Of a DNA stretch of 64,000 nt, positions 1-9,619 are shown in pieces. Under the pieces are notes generated by a model. The model saw only the letters and a program-made list of their open reading frames with translations. It ran no database searches and had not been told where the DNA came from. Source of the DNA: Rickettsiales bacterium. Lineage in GTDB: Bacteria; Pseudomonadota; Alphaproteobacteria; Rickettsiales; SXRF01. Numbering within the stretch: the stretch's first letter is position 1; the number at the start of each line of letters is the position of its first letter. The stretch is from the NCBI GenBank assembly GCA_041396965.1, contig JAWKXN010000001.1, positions 225,890 through 289,889 on the forward strand, given 5' to 3'. A program made the position numbers and the translations under genes.

Positions 1-590
1 ACCGCGCCTTTTTCAAAAATTTCCTGATAGAGGTTTTTATTCTCCGGTGGATATGTATTATCAATCCCACCAGCTATTACCGCTATCGTTCCACTATCAA
101 GTGAGCCTTTATGGGCAAAACTATCAATTCCACGAGCGAGTCCTGATATTATTATAATATCATTTTGTCCAAGCTCATACGCCCAGTCACGTGCCAGTTT
201 ACAGCCTCCAGCAGAGGCATTACGCGCGCCAACCACAGCGATTATGGTTTTGTTGTTCCACAAATTTTTATTGCCACGTACCGTGATTACTGGTGGTGGA
301 TCTGGTGTGTTAAGCAGTAAGGCAGGGTATGACGGATCATTATAGGCTATCATTTGCGCGCCAAATTTTCTGGATTTTTCTATTTCCAATTCAGCAAGCT
401 CTCTTGAGAATGGAATGACCGGTTTTTTCCTACCACCCAGCCGAGAAAGCTCAGGAAGTGCTTTTAGCGCTTTTTCACTATTTCCATATTTCCTTATTAG
501 ATTGAAAAAGGTTATTGGTCCCACATTCTGGGTACGAATAAGCCTCAATGCGTCAACAAGGCTATCATAAGCGCTGATTTCTGTAATCAT
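1..590 (-). CDS. dprA: DNA-processing protein DprA (5' part, runs off the window edge)
   Basis: Manual translation from ATG at 590: MITEISAYDSLVDALRLIRTQNVGPITF...YPALLLNTPDPPPVI...AVVGARNAS...IISGLARGIDSFAH..., the DprA signature. It lies directly after plsY, as in other alphaproteobacteria. It is missing from the ORF track because it is truncated. Confidence 0.93.
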   Translation of the reverse strand, partial: MITEISAYDSLVDALRLIRTQNVGPITFFNLIRKYGNSEKALKALPELSRLGGRKKPVIPFSRELAELEIEKSRKFGAQMIAYNDPSYPALLLNTPDPPPVITVRGNKNLWNNKTIIAVVGARNASAGGCKLARDWAYELGQNDIIIISGLARGIDSFAHKGSLDSGTIAVIAGGIDNTYPPENKNLYQEIFEKGA

Positions 591-592
591 TG

Positions 593-1189
593 CTATCCTC
601 GCCTGCTTCTAAAAGACATTTCCGTGCCATTTAGCAATCTTGATATATTATGACGGTGGCTATAAATAACTATGAGGAACAGGAAGAAGCATATAACCGC
701 CATGCTATAACCGTCAAACATATAGGATATTATCGGTGAGTAAGCAATGCTAAGTAGGGCGGAAACTGAGGAAATGCGGGTTATTAAGAAAGTGGCTAGC
801 CACAGAGCGCATATTACAAGCGCGAATATCCAGTTAACAGCGAAAAATACACCAAGTATGGTGGCTACTCCTTTGCCGCCCTTAAATTTAAGCCATATTG
901 GGAATATGTGTCCAATTACCACGAATACAGCCGCTAACAATGCAAGCTCGTTATTATATAAATAGCTAGTAAGTTTAACAGCGAGTACACCTTTTAGAGC
1001 ATCAAGAAGTAAAGTTATGATAGCAAGACTTTTTCTTCCTGTACGCATTACGTTGGTAGCGCCTATATTTCCTGAACCTATAGAGCGTATATCGCCAAGC
1101 CCTAGCAGGCGGGTCAAAATAAAGCCGAATGGGATAGAGCCTATAATGTAGGAGATAAGAAAGACCTCAAATATCCAGCTCAGATTCAT
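593..1189 (-). CDS. plsY: glycerol-3-phosphate acyltransferase PlsY
   Basis: GSIPFG, GSGNIGATN, GHIFP, FKGGKGVAT and HRHNI motifs; hydrophobic membrane protein. Confidence 0.96.
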   Translation of the reverse strand: MNLSWIFEVFLISYIIGSIPFGFILTRLLGLGDIRSIGSGNIGATNVMRTGRKSLAIITLLLDALKGVLAVKLTSYLYNNELALLAAVFVVIGHIFPIWLKFKGGKGVATILGVFFAVNWIFALVICALWLATFLITRISSVSALLSIAYSPIISYMFDGYSMAVICFFLFLIVIYSHRHNISRLLNGTEMSFRSRRG

Positions 1190-1239
1190 AAAGTTCCTTT
1201 TTGGAAAACAGACATCATGCTTTTGATTAGATGCTAAAT

Positions 1240-1255
1240 GTTAATTCTATGTTAA
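1240..1255 (-). promoter_or_regulatory. perfect CtrA-type box (TTAA-N7-TTAAC) upstream of plsY-dprA
   Basis: The plus strand reads GTTAA ttctatg TTAA, 51-66 nt upstream of the plsY start. Chance matches are possible in AT-rich DNA. Confidence 0.5.
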
Positions 1256-1288
1256 ATTTACGGCTAGTCCGCTAAAAATATATTAATA

Positions 1289-1753
1289 TTATATCTTTAT
1301 CATCTTGTCCAGATAACCCTGTAATATATAGCTTGCGGCTAGTTTGTCCACCAATTCACCTCTGCGTTTTCTTGACATATCCGCCTGAATCATCATTTTT
1401 TCCACCGCCATTGTTGACATTCTTTCGTCCCAAAGCGTCATGGGCAGCTTTATTTGTTTGCTAATATTGGATATGAAAGTGTTAACTGACTGAGTGCGTG
1501 AGTTGCTCCCACCGTCCATATTTAGCGGATTACCGATTATAAGACCGCATATATCCTGTTTGCTTATTACGTCTTTTAATATTTCAATATCCTTACTAAA
1601 TTTTTTACGTTCTATCGTAAGAAGAGGGCTGGCGATTACTCGTCTCAAGTCACTTATCGCTATCCCAATAGTTTTTTCGCCAACATCAAGCCCTAATAAT
1701 CTAGCCTCTTTTGGTAAAGCTTTGTTAAATTCATCTTGGTTTTTTACGAGCAT
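1289..1753 (-). CDS. ruvX: YqgF/RuvX family RNase H-like pre-16S rRNA nuclease
   Basis: LGLDVGEKTIGIA, WDERMST and DKLAASYILQ motifs. Confidence 0.93.
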   Translation of the reverse strand: MLVKNQDEFNKALPKEARLLGLDVGEKTIGIAISDLRRVIASPLLTIERKKFSKDIEILKDVISKQDICGLIIGNPLNMDGGSNSRTQSVNTFISNISKQIKLPMTLWDERMSTMAVEKMMIQADMSRKRRGELVDKLAASYILQGYLDKMIKI

Positions 1754-1860
1754 GGCTATATAGGTTGGTTATTAGAAATATAGTATAAGACTTTACTAGC
1801 CGTAAATCACTGGCTATTACAAACTACTAGATACTAACTACTCTTAAAAGGAAAATATTA

Positions 1861-2148
1861 ATGTCTATAGACACAAAAACGGTAGCGAAAATAGCCAGAC
1901 TTGCCAGAATCGCCGTGAGTGAGGAGGAAAAAGAGCATTTCGCCGGAGAGATTTCTGACATACTAAGGTGGATAGAGCAGCTATCGGAAGTCGATACGGA
2001 TGGTGTTCCGCTTATGACCTCCGTATGTGAGGCAACACTGCCATTAAGGAAGGATGCTGTAACTGATGGTAATCAACAGGTGGCAGTTCTTAAAAACTCC
2101 CCAGAAAGTGATTATGGCTGTTTTGTGGTTCCTAAGGTGATGGAATGA
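1861..2148 (+). CDS. gatC: Asp/Glu-tRNA amidotransferase subunit C
   Basis: KIARLARI...LSEVDTDGV...CFVVPKVME; first gene of the gatCAB run. Confidence 0.95.
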   Translation: MSIDTKTVAKIARLARIAVSEEEKEHFAGEISDILRWIEQLSEVDTDGVPLMTSVCEATLPLRKDAVTDGNQQVAVLKNSPESDYGCFVVPKVME

Positions 2149-2158
2149 CGAGATTGTA

Positions 2159-2383
2159 ATGGATGATAAAAATTTTATAGCCGAATACGCGGCAAACGAG
2201 ATAATTCGTATTAACGAGCGTATCAGAGAAATGATAGAATCTGAGAACACGCCTTCTGATGAATTCAGAAATGAAGTGATAACCGATATAGAAAATACAC
2301 TTGAGAGGTTGCGTAAGGCGGTTTCTTATGTGATAGAGACTACAGATGAGGATAATGATAATGCTGATAACAAATATAATTGA
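2159..2383 (+). CDS. small acidic hypothetical protein inserted between gatC and gatA
   Basis: 74-aa ORF in the operon orientation, 10 nt after gatC and 21 nt before gatA; no recognisable motif. Confidence 0.6.
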   Translation: MDDKNFIAEYAANEIIRINERIREMIESENTPSDEFRNEVITDIENTLERLRKAVSYVIETTDEDNDNADNKYN

Positions 2384-2404
2384 ATGATTTTGGTGAGTAA
2401 TTAA

Positions 2405-3892
2405 ATGACAGATAATTTACGCGAATTAACATTAGCGCAAATGCGTGATGGGCTTAGAAAAAAAGAATTTTCAGCGGTGGAGCTAACACAAGCGCATCTT
2501 GATGAGATAGAAAAAACTAATTCTTATTATAACGCTTTTATAACTATCACCAAAGACAAAGCTCTTGAGATGGCGTATGCTTCTGATACGCGCATTGCAA
2601 AAGGTGAGGGCGGAGCGGTTGAGGGTATTCCGGTTGGAGTAAAGGATTTATTTTGTACTAAAGGGGTGCTTACTACCGCCGCCTCTCATATACTTGATGG
2701 TTTCGTACCACAATATGAATCGGCGATTACTGAAAATATCTGGAATGCTGGTGGGGTAATGCTGGGTAAGGTGAATCTGGATGAGTTCGCTATGGGTTCG
2801 GCTAATATCACCAGCTATTATGGCAATGTGGTAAATCCATGGCAAAGAAAAGGTGATGACGCTAAGTTAGTACCAGGTGGCTCTTCCGGTGGCTCGGCGG
2901 CTTTGGTTGCGGCGAACCTCGCTCCAATGGCGCTGGGTACAGATACCGGAGGGTCAATTCGGCAGCCCGCCGCTTTTTGTGGTGTGGTTGGGATGAAACC
3001 AACTTATGGTCGCTGCTCACGCTGGGGGACTATTGCTTTTGCTAGTTCGCTTGATCAAGCGGGACCTATTACCAGAGATGTTCGTGATAGCGCTATAATG
3101 CTTTCGGTTATGTGTGGTCACGACAAAAGGGATTCAACCTCCGCTAATCTGGAAGTTCCGGATTTTGAAGGACTACTTAATTCTGACGTAAAAGGTAAAA
3201 AAATTGGTGTTCCAACAGAGTATCGTCCAGAAGGAATTAATGAGGATATAAGCAAGGTTTGGGATAATGGTATAAAACTGCTTAAAGAAGCGGGCGCGCA
3301 AATAATAGAGATAAGCTTGCCACACACTAAATATGCTTTGCCAACTTACTATATCGTAGCTCCCGCTGAATGCTCATCTAATCTCGCTCGCTATGATGGT
3401 GTACGCTTTGGCCTGCGGGTTGGTGGAGATGGTAGTCTTACTGATATGTATGAGCAAACCCGTGCCGCTGGCTTTGGTAGAGAAGTAAAACGGCGGGTTA
3501 TGATCGGAACTTATGTACTGTCCGCTGGTTATTATGACGCTTACTACAAAAAGGCGCAAAAACTACGTTGGCTTATCGCTGAGGATTTTAGGAAAGCTTT
3601 TGAGATGGTAGATGTGATACTTACTCCAACCACCCCATCAGCGGCGTTTGATTTTAACCATAAACCGAAAGATCCAGTGGAGATGTATCTAAATGATGTG
3701 TTTACCGTGCCTTCTTCGCTGGCTGGACTGCCAGCTATTTCTATTCCCGCCGGATTAAATAAAGATGGTTTGCCGCTGGGCTTACAAATTATCGGCAAAG
3801 CGTTTGATGAGCAGGAAGTTCTGAATGTGGCTTATGGCTTGGAGAAAATACTCCCCGCGCGTATTCATTTCACTGATGCAGTGGATAATTAA
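2405..3892 (+). CDS. gatA: Asp/Glu-tRNA amidotransferase subunit A
   Basis: Amidase signature GVKDLF...[10 protein letters not shown]...[16 protein letters not shown] and SSNLARYDG. Confidence 0.98.
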   Translation: MTDNLRELTLAQMRDGLRKKEFSAVELTQAHLDEIEKTNSYYNAFITITKDKALEMAYASDTRIAKGEGGAVEGIPVGVKDLFCTKGVLTTAASHILDGFVPQYESAITENIWNAGGVMLGKVNLDEFAMGSANITSYYGNVVNPWQRKGDDAKLVPGGSSGGSAALVAANLAPMALGTDTGGSIRQPAAFCGVVGMKPTYGRCSRWGTIAFASSLDQAGPITRDVRDSAIMLSVMCGHDKRDSTSANLEVPDFEGLLNSDVKGKKIGVPTEYRPEGINEDISKVWDNGIKLLKEAGAQIIEISLPHTKYALPTYYIVAPAECSSNLARYDGVRFGLRVGGDGSLTDMYEQTRAAGFGREVKRRVMIGTYVLSAGYYDAYYKKAQKLRWLIAEDFRKAFEMVDVILTPTTPSAAFDFNHKPKDPVEMYLNDVFTVPSSLAGLPAISIPAGLNKDGLPLGLQIIGKAFDEQEVLNVAYGLEKILPARIHFTDAVDN

Positions 3893-3904
3893 TAGGAGAT
3901 TGCT

Positions 3905-4183
3905 ATGTTAGACAAAGACTCATCATCTGATTTCGCTATTACCAGCGCATTGCGTGATGCGGTAAATGCGGCTCTTAATGATCCTGAGTTTATTCATAAT
4001 CTAGCTGAGAAACTGGCAGATATAATGGAAAATCGCTTGTCACAGCAGCGTAATGTTAAACTTGCGGAAATTAAAAATATGCTAAGTGAAGGGATTAATA
4101 GCGGTAGAGCTGGTTCGGCTGAGTCTGTTTTCAATCGTTTGGCAGAAAAATATAGAACAATGATAGCGGAGGCAGGTAAGTGA
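3905..4183 (+). CDS. hypothetical protein with a ParD-antitoxin-like C-terminal half
   Basis: The C-terminus KLAEIKNMLSEGINSGRAGSAESVFNRLAEKY resembles the ParD tail pattern (L..I.EG..SG....AE.VF.RL..KY). GGAG RBS upstream; no adjacent toxin. Confidence 0.5.
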   Translation: MLDKDSSSDFAITSALRDAVNAALNDPEFIHNLAEKLADIMENRLSQQRNVKLAEIKNMLSEGINSGRAGSAESVFNRLAEKYRTMIAEAGK

Positions 4184-4213
4184 TAAATAAGGTAACAACG
4201 CCACGAGGGGAAT

Positions 4214-5656
4214 ATGTTAATAAAAGGTAATACAGGCGATTGGGAAATTATTATCGGGCTGGAGGTACACGCTCAGATAAATACCAAATCTAAACTTTTT
4301 TCAGGAGCGTCTACTGAATTTGGTAATGAACCGAATGAAAATGTGGCGTTTTTAGATGCTGGAATGCCGGGAATGTTGCCCGTGCTAAATGAGGAAGCAG
4401 TAACGCAAACTATAAAAACCGGACTTGCTCTGGGCGCGCAGATTAATCTTAAAAGTGTGTTTGACCGCAAAAATTATTTTTATCCTGACTTACCGCAGGG
4501 TTATCAGATTTCACAATATCTAGATCCTATAGTTGGCAAGGGTGAGATAGTTTTGGATATGCCAGAAGGTGATAAGAAAGTCGGAGTTACCCGTATTCAC
4601 ATTGAGCAGGATGCTGGTAAATCCTTACATGAATATAAGCCTAAAAATACTTGTATTGACTTAAACCGTGCCGGTGTGCCGCTTATGGAAATTGTCTCCG
4701 AGCCGGACATACGCAGCGCTGATGAGGCGGTGTCTTATATGAAAAAACTGCGCTCAATCTTGCGTTATATCGGCAGTTGTGACGGTGATATGGAAAAAGG
4801 TAATCTACGCTGTGACGCGAATGTTTCAGTGCGCAAACTGGGTGAGGAGTTTGGTACACGTTGTGAGATTAAAAATCTTAACTCAATGCGTTTTATGAAT
4901 AAGGCAATTGAGTTTGAGGCGATGCGTCAGGTAGATATTTTAGAAAGTGGTGGGGTTATAGATCAGGAAACTCGGCTGTTTGATTCAGCAAAGGGCGAGA
5001 CCCGCACCATGCGCAGCAAAGAGGACGCTCACGATTACCGCTATTTCCCTGATCCTGACTTGCTGCCTTTGGAGTTTTCACAGGAATATGTTGACTCACT
5101 AAAATCCAACCTGCCGGAATTACCGGACGCTAAAAAACAGCGTTACATGGAAAAATTCGGTTTATCCGCTTATGACGCTGGAGTAATTGTCGCTGAGAAA
5201 TCTATAAGTGAGTATTACGAGGAGTTGGTAGTTAAAATAGATCCTAAACTTGCCGCGAGCTGGATGACGGTTGAACTGTTCGCCCGTCTTAACAAAATGG
5301 GCTTAGATATTGAGAATTCACCAATTGCGGCGGAAAAATTCAGTGGTTTGCTTGCTCTTATTTCCGATGACACCATATCTGGTAAAATAGCGAAGGATGT
5401 GCTGGACATAATGTTTGAAAGCGGCAAGGAAGCCGCCGTCATAGTTGAGGAAAAAGGCTTAAAACAGGTAAGTGACAGCGGTGCTATTGAAAAAATAATA
5501 GATGAAGTGCTTGCCGCGAATCCTGACAAGGTAGCCGAGTATAAGGGCGGTAAGGATAAGTTATTTGGCTTTTTTGTCGGACAAACTATGAAAGCCAGCG
5601 GCGGCAAGGTAAATCCGCAGGTGGTAAACGAGTTGCTGAAGAAGAAATTATCTTGA
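4214..5656 (+). CDS. gatB: Asp/Glu-tRNA amidotransferase subunit B
   Basis: [40 protein letters not shown] and [10 protein letters not shown]. Confidence 0.98.
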   Translation: MLIKGNTGDWEIIIGLEVHAQINTKSKLFSGASTEFGNEPNENVAFLDAGMPGMLPVLNEEAVTQTIKTGLALGAQINLKSVFDRKNYFYPDLPQGYQISQYLDPIVGKGEIVLDMPEGDKKVGVTRIHIEQDAGKSLHEYKPKNTCIDLNRAGVPLMEIVSEPDIRSADEAVSYMKKLRSILRYIGSCDGDMEKGNLRCDANVSVRKLGEEFGTRCEIKNLNSMRFMNKAIEFEAMRQVDILESGGVIDQETRLFDSAKGETRTMRSKEDAHDYRYFPDPDLLPLEFSQEYVDSLKSNLPELPDAKKQRYMEKFGLSAYDAGVIVAEKSISEYYEELVVKIDPKLAASWMTVELFARLNKMGLDIENSPIAAEKFSGLLALISDDTISGKIAKDVLDIMFESGKEAAVIVEEKGLKQVSDSGAIEKIIDEVLAANPDKVAEYKGGKDKLFGFFVGQTMKASGGKVNPQVVNELLKKKLS

Positions 5657-5729
5657 TAATCTATGGTTAAGCTGAACTATGGCTAAGATGCTTCTAACAT
5701 ATTGTTATTGCTTGTATTTATAAGGGAGT

Positions 5730-5803
5730 AAGAAGCACGACCAGCAGGCTGTGCCAGCCATCAGCTATGTCCCATGTGAAAGACAGTAGTCTTTCACGGG
5801 GAC
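5730..5803. repeat. palindromic REP-like repeat family A (hairpins with AGTA/AGCA loops), copy 1
   Basis: aagaagcac...tcagctatgtc...tgtgaaagac-agta-gtctttcac-ggggac recurs at 19896-20004, where it carries an internal insertion. Confidence 0.75.
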
Positions 5804-5924
5804 AATATACAAAAGCTCGTCATTCCGTGTGCCGCGAAGCGGCAGCGCGGAATCTTATGCTCCAGCAACTATTATAACTTACAAAATCACTATTCTTCAA
5901 ATGCTTAAATGAGTAAATATACTC

Positions 5925-6040
5925 ATTATGAATAAAAACATTACATGATTTTATTCAATTTTACGCTTGCTTCGCAGCGGAAAGCCTTATCTTTCGTAAG
6001 GATTTCATACTTGTTTTGTATAAAAATTATCCAAAACAAG
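5925..6040. repeat. ~118-bp MITE-like palindromic repeat family B, copy 1
   Basis: Inverted copy at 30908-31025 (5 mismatches plus a 2-nt gap by hand alignment); partial copy at 19671-19722. Confidence 0.85.
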
Positions 6041-6139
6041 TATAGTTTTTTAATTGTCATACAGTCTTAACAGTCAAAGATATATTAATATGCTAGCATA
6101 AGATATTAATTATGGTGTTTGTGTTCTGGGTAAGTAGCT

Positions 6140-6397
6140 ATGGATTTTGGCGATATTTTTGATATTTTTGGCTCTGGTGGTGGTAATTGGGAATTTCCAC
6201 ACGGCATGTCCTCCGCTTCTATTGATGGAGCCGAAGGCATATTCTCACGCATGTTTTCCGGTAATAGTTCAGCTTTTGAGGAGTTAGCCGCTATTTTGCG
6301 TAAAGCCGGATCAGGCACAGCTAGTGAAATGCTAGATAATTATCTTTGGTATCAGTTTGGTAAGGATACCGCTGGTGGTCACGGCGGAAAAAGCTGA
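6140..6397 (+). CDS. small Gly/Phe-rich hypothetical protein
   Basis: 85-aa ORF that heads a three-gene plus-strand run; the DFGDIFDIFGSGGG stretch resembles the G/F linker of J-proteins (weak). Confidence 0.5.
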   Translation: MDFGDIFDIFGSGGGNWEFPHGMSSASIDGAEGIFSRMFSGNSSAFEELAAILRKAGSGTASEMLDNYLWYQFGKDTAGGHGGKS

Positions 6398-6439
6398 GGA
6401 AACTGGCAGGAGTTCTCTAAAGATACCAGCCATGAGGCA

Positions 6440-7090
6440 GTGCTGATGAAAAATGCTGGTGAGGTAATAACCAGCCATTCCCTGCTTTTAGAGCAATTGA
6501 AAAAACACGCTGCCGGAAAAGATGTATTGCGGGAATATGAGGCATTAGGAATTAACCTGCCAAGTGATGATTTGCTTAAAAAGGTGAAGAAATCTCTCTC
6601 AGGACATTTACATCCTGATAGAGCGGGAGGTAATAATGAACTTATGGGGAAAGTTAACGGGGCTTTGGAGGTATTGGGAAATACTGAAAAAACCGCTGGC
6701 TACCGTGAAATTCTCCAAAATGCTGATTCCGCTATGAGACAAAATATTGAGAAATTATTTAGGGATATTGCCGGAAAACAGACCGAATTTTATGAAAGAA
6801 CCGCTCAGCGCGCGGCGGACGCGGCGAGGTTGAAACTACCTTTTAAGGGTAAAGCGACAGAACAGATGAATGCTTCCGAGCTTTTTTCCAAAAAGATTCA
6901 TGATGGCTTTAAGAATTCCAGCCGGTTCAAACGAGGAGCTATAGCGTTCGCCCTAGTTACGGGAACTTCGCTACTTGCTTATGGTCTCGCCTCAATGCGT
7001 GAGAAGAAGCTGGATAAGAATAAACCAGTATCTTATGTGGATATGGTGAGTAGTAAAAATGACGAACAACAGAAATCAATGATGGTATAA
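6440..7090 (+). CDS. J-domain (HPD motif) protein with a C-terminal transmembrane helix
   Basis: LKKVKKSLSGHLHPDRAGGNNELMGKVNGALEVL fits helix II-HPD-helix III of a J domain; the TM segment is GAIAFALVTGTSLLAYGL. Confidence 0.65.
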   Translation: MLMKNAGEVITSHSLLLEQLKKHAAGKDVLREYEALGINLPSDDLLKKVKKSLSGHLHPDRAGGNNELMGKVNGALEVLGNTEKTAGYREILQNADSAMRQNIEKLFRDIAGKQTEFYERTAQRAADAARLKLPFKGKATEQMNASELFSKKIHDGFKNSSRFKRGAIAFALVTGTSLLAYGLASMREKKLDKNKPVSYVDMVSSKNDEQQKSMMV

Positions 7091-7102
7091 TGGAGGTAGA
7101 AA

Positions 7103-7567
7103 ATGGTTGGTGTTAACCACAGAGTGCCACAACAACAGTCTGGCGGCGTATTTGTTGACGGTAGCGGTGGCGCGCACGTTATGGGTGAGCAATTGCGTGA
7201 GGTAGATGCTCCTGTAGAAGGACTTGTCGGCGCGGCAAAAGGTCTGGTAAATGGTCTTGTATTAGGTGGTGCTGGCTCAGCCGTTATAACAGCGGTTGAT
7301 ACGCCAGAAGGACAAAAGGCTGGAAGAGCTATTATCCAGAACATGAAAAGCAGCCATCTAGGAGCGATTCTTGGTGTAGCGCTGGCGACATCCGCCCTTA
7401 GCGGTTTTATCCGTTATTCACGAGCCGCCAAGCAGAATGAATGGAGCAGGAAACATTATGGTTTTCTTGAATCGCAGATTGATTCTAGGCGGTTAGGGCA
7501 AGCACAAAGCTTTGCCCAGCGTGAGGATGAGCGTAAGAACGATACGCAGGATAGAGGAATATCTTGA
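7103..7567 (+). CDS. hypothetical membrane protein with two Gly-rich hydrophobic segments and a charged C-terminal tail
   Basis: GGAGG RBS; hydrophobic stretches GLVNGLVLGGAGSAVITAV and LGAILGVALATSALSGFI. Confidence 0.7.
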   Translation: MVGVNHRVPQQQSGGVFVDGSGGAHVMGEQLREVDAPVEGLVGAAKGLVNGLVLGGAGSAVITAVDTPEGQKAGRAIIQNMKSSHLGAILGVALATSALSGFIRYSRAAKQNEWSRKHYGFLESQIDSRRLGQAQSFAQREDERKNDTQDRGIS

Positions 7568-7620
7568 TTTTAGGCGCTTATTCTGTTAATCTAGCTAGAT
7601 AATTAGCTAGAAAGTTATTT

Positions 7621-7860
7621 ATGCAAGTAGGTATGTTTGAGGCAAAAACACAGCTTTCCAAACTGGTGGCGTTTGCTCAGGATGGGGAAGAGGTCTTTAT
7701 AACTAATCGTGGCATAGTAGTCGCCAAGATAACGGCGGTCAGCAGTTGGCAGCCTAATAAGGCAAAAAAACTGGTGGATAAAATGCGGAAAATGACCAAA
7801 AAAAATCCTATTGGCAGTTTTGAAGAAATCATGGAATGGAGAAAAGAAGGGCGTAAATGA
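7621..7860 (+). CDS. Phd/YefM family antitoxin
   Basis: MQVGMFEAKTQLSKLV...GEEVFITNRG; overlaps the downstream toxin by 4 nt. Confidence 0.9.
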   Translation: MQVGMFEAKTQLSKLVAFAQDGEEVFITNRGIVVAKITAVSSWQPNKAKKLVDKMRKMTKKNPIGSFEEIMEWRKEGRK

Positions 7861-8267
7861 TCGTTATTGATGCCAGCATTTTTATAGCGGCGATTATAGA
7901 CGATGAATCCGATGAGTTCTCCGATAGTATTTATGAGCTTATTACAAATGAAGAGATCACCGTTGTAGTTCCGCCGATTTTTTATTATGAAGTAGCTAAT
8001 GTATTTTTGCAGGTATTGCGTCGCAAAAGAATTACAAAAGAAAAATATCACAACTATCTAGAAATTTTGTCTGACTTTCCCCTATTTGTAGATGGTGGTC
8101 AGCTATTTTTGGAAGTAGCTAATTTGGCGGAGGTGCATAGTTTAACTGTTTATGACGCTTCTTATTTAGAAGTGGCTAGGCGCAATGGTTGTCTGCTTGC
8201 GACTCTTGATAAGCAGCTTAGTAAAGCAGCATCTAATATTGGTGTTAAATTTGAGTTAAATGGATAA
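7857..8267 (+). CDS. vapC: VapC-type PIN-domain toxin
   Basis: MIVIDAS, YEVAN, LTVYDASYLEVA and LATLDKQL PIN acidic motifs. Confidence 0.9.
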   Translation: MIVIDASIFIAAIIDDESDEFSDSIYELITNEEITVVVPPIFYYEVANVFLQVLRRKRITKEKYHNYLEILSDFPLFVDGGQLFLEVANLAEVHSLTVYDASYLEVARRNGCLLATLDKQLSKAASNIGVKFELNG

Positions 8268-8277
8268 TTCATAGATA

Positions 8278-9117
8278 ATGACGGAAAAATCACTTTTTAT
8301 TTTTGGCGCTGGTTATAGCGCGCTCGCTATCGCTGGTAGGGCTATTGATAGTGGATTTTCGGTGTCAGCCAGTTGTCGTGGTGCTGAAAAAAAAGATCTG
8401 CTAAAAGAGCGGGGAATAACCCCAATTTCTTTCGAGGAAATAACTGAAACTCTACTAAAAAACTTTACTCATATATTATCCAGCATACCGCCACAGAAAA
8501 ATATTGGAGATATAGCTATACCATATTTACCAGAAGATATAGGTGAGGGCAGGTGGCTTGGCTACCTGTCAACTACGGGTGTTTATGGTAATCACGATGG
8601 AGCGTGGGTGGATGAGAATAGTCCGTTATATCCCGATAATGATCGCCTTAAAAGACGAGTGGAAGCTGAGAAACAGTGGCTCGCGCGTGGTGGGCATATA
8701 TTCCGACTGTCAGGGATTTACGGTAAGGGTAGGAGCGCCATTGATGATGTAATATCTGGAAAGGCGAGAAGGATATATAAGGAAGGGCAGCTATTTTCAC
8801 GAATTCATGTTGATGATATTGCGTCTGTGGTGCTTACCTCTATGTTAAATCCGTCACCAGCTACTATCTATAATGTTTGCGATGATTTGCCCGCCGCCGC
8901 TCATGAGGTGGTTGAGTATGCTTGCGAGTTGCTTGGAAAAGATCCGCCACTGCTTATTCCATTTGAGCAAGCGGAAATGTCGCAGATGGCAAGAGAGTTT
9001 TACAGTGCGAACCGACGGGTGAAAAATGATAAGATAAAGCGAGATTTGCAGGTTGGTTTGCTCTATCCTGATTATAGAGAGGGACTTTCCGCAATATTAC
9101 AACAAATGAATGCTTGA
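8278..9117 (+). CDS. atypical SDR / NAD-dependent epimerase-dehydratase family protein
   Basis: FIFGAGYSA, YLSTTGVYGNHDGAWVDE, FRLSGIYG and FSRIHVDDIA. Confidence 0.9.
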   Translation: MTEKSLFIFGAGYSALAIAGRAIDSGFSVSASCRGAEKKDLLKERGITPISFEEITETLLKNFTHILSSIPPQKNIGDIAIPYLPEDIGEGRWLGYLSTTGVYGNHDGAWVDENSPLYPDNDRLKRRVEAEKQWLARGGHIFRLSGIYGKGRSAIDDVISGKARRIYKEGQLFSRIHVDDIASVVLTSMLNPSPATIYNVCDDLPAAAHEVVEYACELLGKDPPLLIPFEQAEMSQMAREFYSANRRVKNDKIKRDLQVGLLYPDYREGLSAILQQMNA

Positions 9118-9167
9118 AAAATAAAAAAAATACCTTAAGAATACACCTCCTTCCTTGTAAGGCGCTT

Positions 9168-9190
9168 GAGTGGTAAGGCAGCAGTCTTGA
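9168..9190 (+). repeat. degenerate fragment of the tRNA-Ser 5' half (copy 3)
   Basis: GAGTGG-TAAGGCAGCAGTCTTGA matches the D-arm and anticodon stem of the tRNA at 9399, with a 2-nt deletion. Confidence 0.75.
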
Positions 9191-9309
9191 CACCGACCCG
9201 AAAGGGGGGTGGACGGCGAAGCCGCCAGTAGGGTGAGGTGAGTTAAAACGAACCGAATCAAAACTGCCGTAGGCAGGAAGTTTTATAGTCCTTTATGGGG
9301 CTTGTGTAT

Positions 9310-9359
9310 GGAGGAGTGGCCGAGTGGTTTAAGGCAGCAGTCTTGAAAACTGATGAGGT
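9310..9359 (+). repeat. truncated 5' half copy of tRNA-Ser (copy 2)
   Basis: 39 nt identical to the tRNA (GAGTGGCC...TTGAAAACTG); it diverges after the anticodon arm and has no T-arm or acceptor 3' strand. Confidence 0.9.
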
Positions 9360-9398
9360 AAGTAGTTTTTAGCCCCCTAAAAAAGGGCGTTTTGATGT

Positions 9399-9488
9399 GG
9401 AAGAGTGGCCGAGTGGTTTAAGGCAGCAGTCTTGAAAACTGCCGAGGTGGCAACGCCTCCGTGAGTTCGAATCTCACCTCTTCCGCCA
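9399..9488 (+). tRNA. tRNA-Ser (TGA), encoded CCA
   Basis: GGAAGAG/CTCTTCC acceptor stem, anticodon loop CTTGAAA, long variable arm, GTTCGAATC T-loop, 90 nt. Confidence 0.97.
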
Positions 9489-9504
9489 CTACCCCAAAAA
9501 TTGA

Positions 9505-9524
9505 TTTGGGACAAATTTGGGACA
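9505..9524 (+). repeat. tandem TTTGGGACA direct repeat (integrase arm-site-like) just 3' of tRNA-Ser
   Basis: TTTGGGACA at 9505-9513 and 9516-9524. Such short tandem repeats flank tyrosine-integrase att sites (inference). Confidence 0.5.
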
Positions 9525-9619
9525 GTAAACCACAACAGCTATCCACAAAATTATAGAAACTCCTACAGGGGCTTGCAAAAGTCTAGGGGGGCGTTTTCCT
9601 CAGGGGAAATTTAGAAATC

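Noticed and set aside
9160-9488. Possible CRISPR array (three recurring ~25-40 nt units)
   Set aside because: The units are tRNA-Ser 5' halves with irregular spacing (154 and 89 bp), and there are no cas genes in the window.
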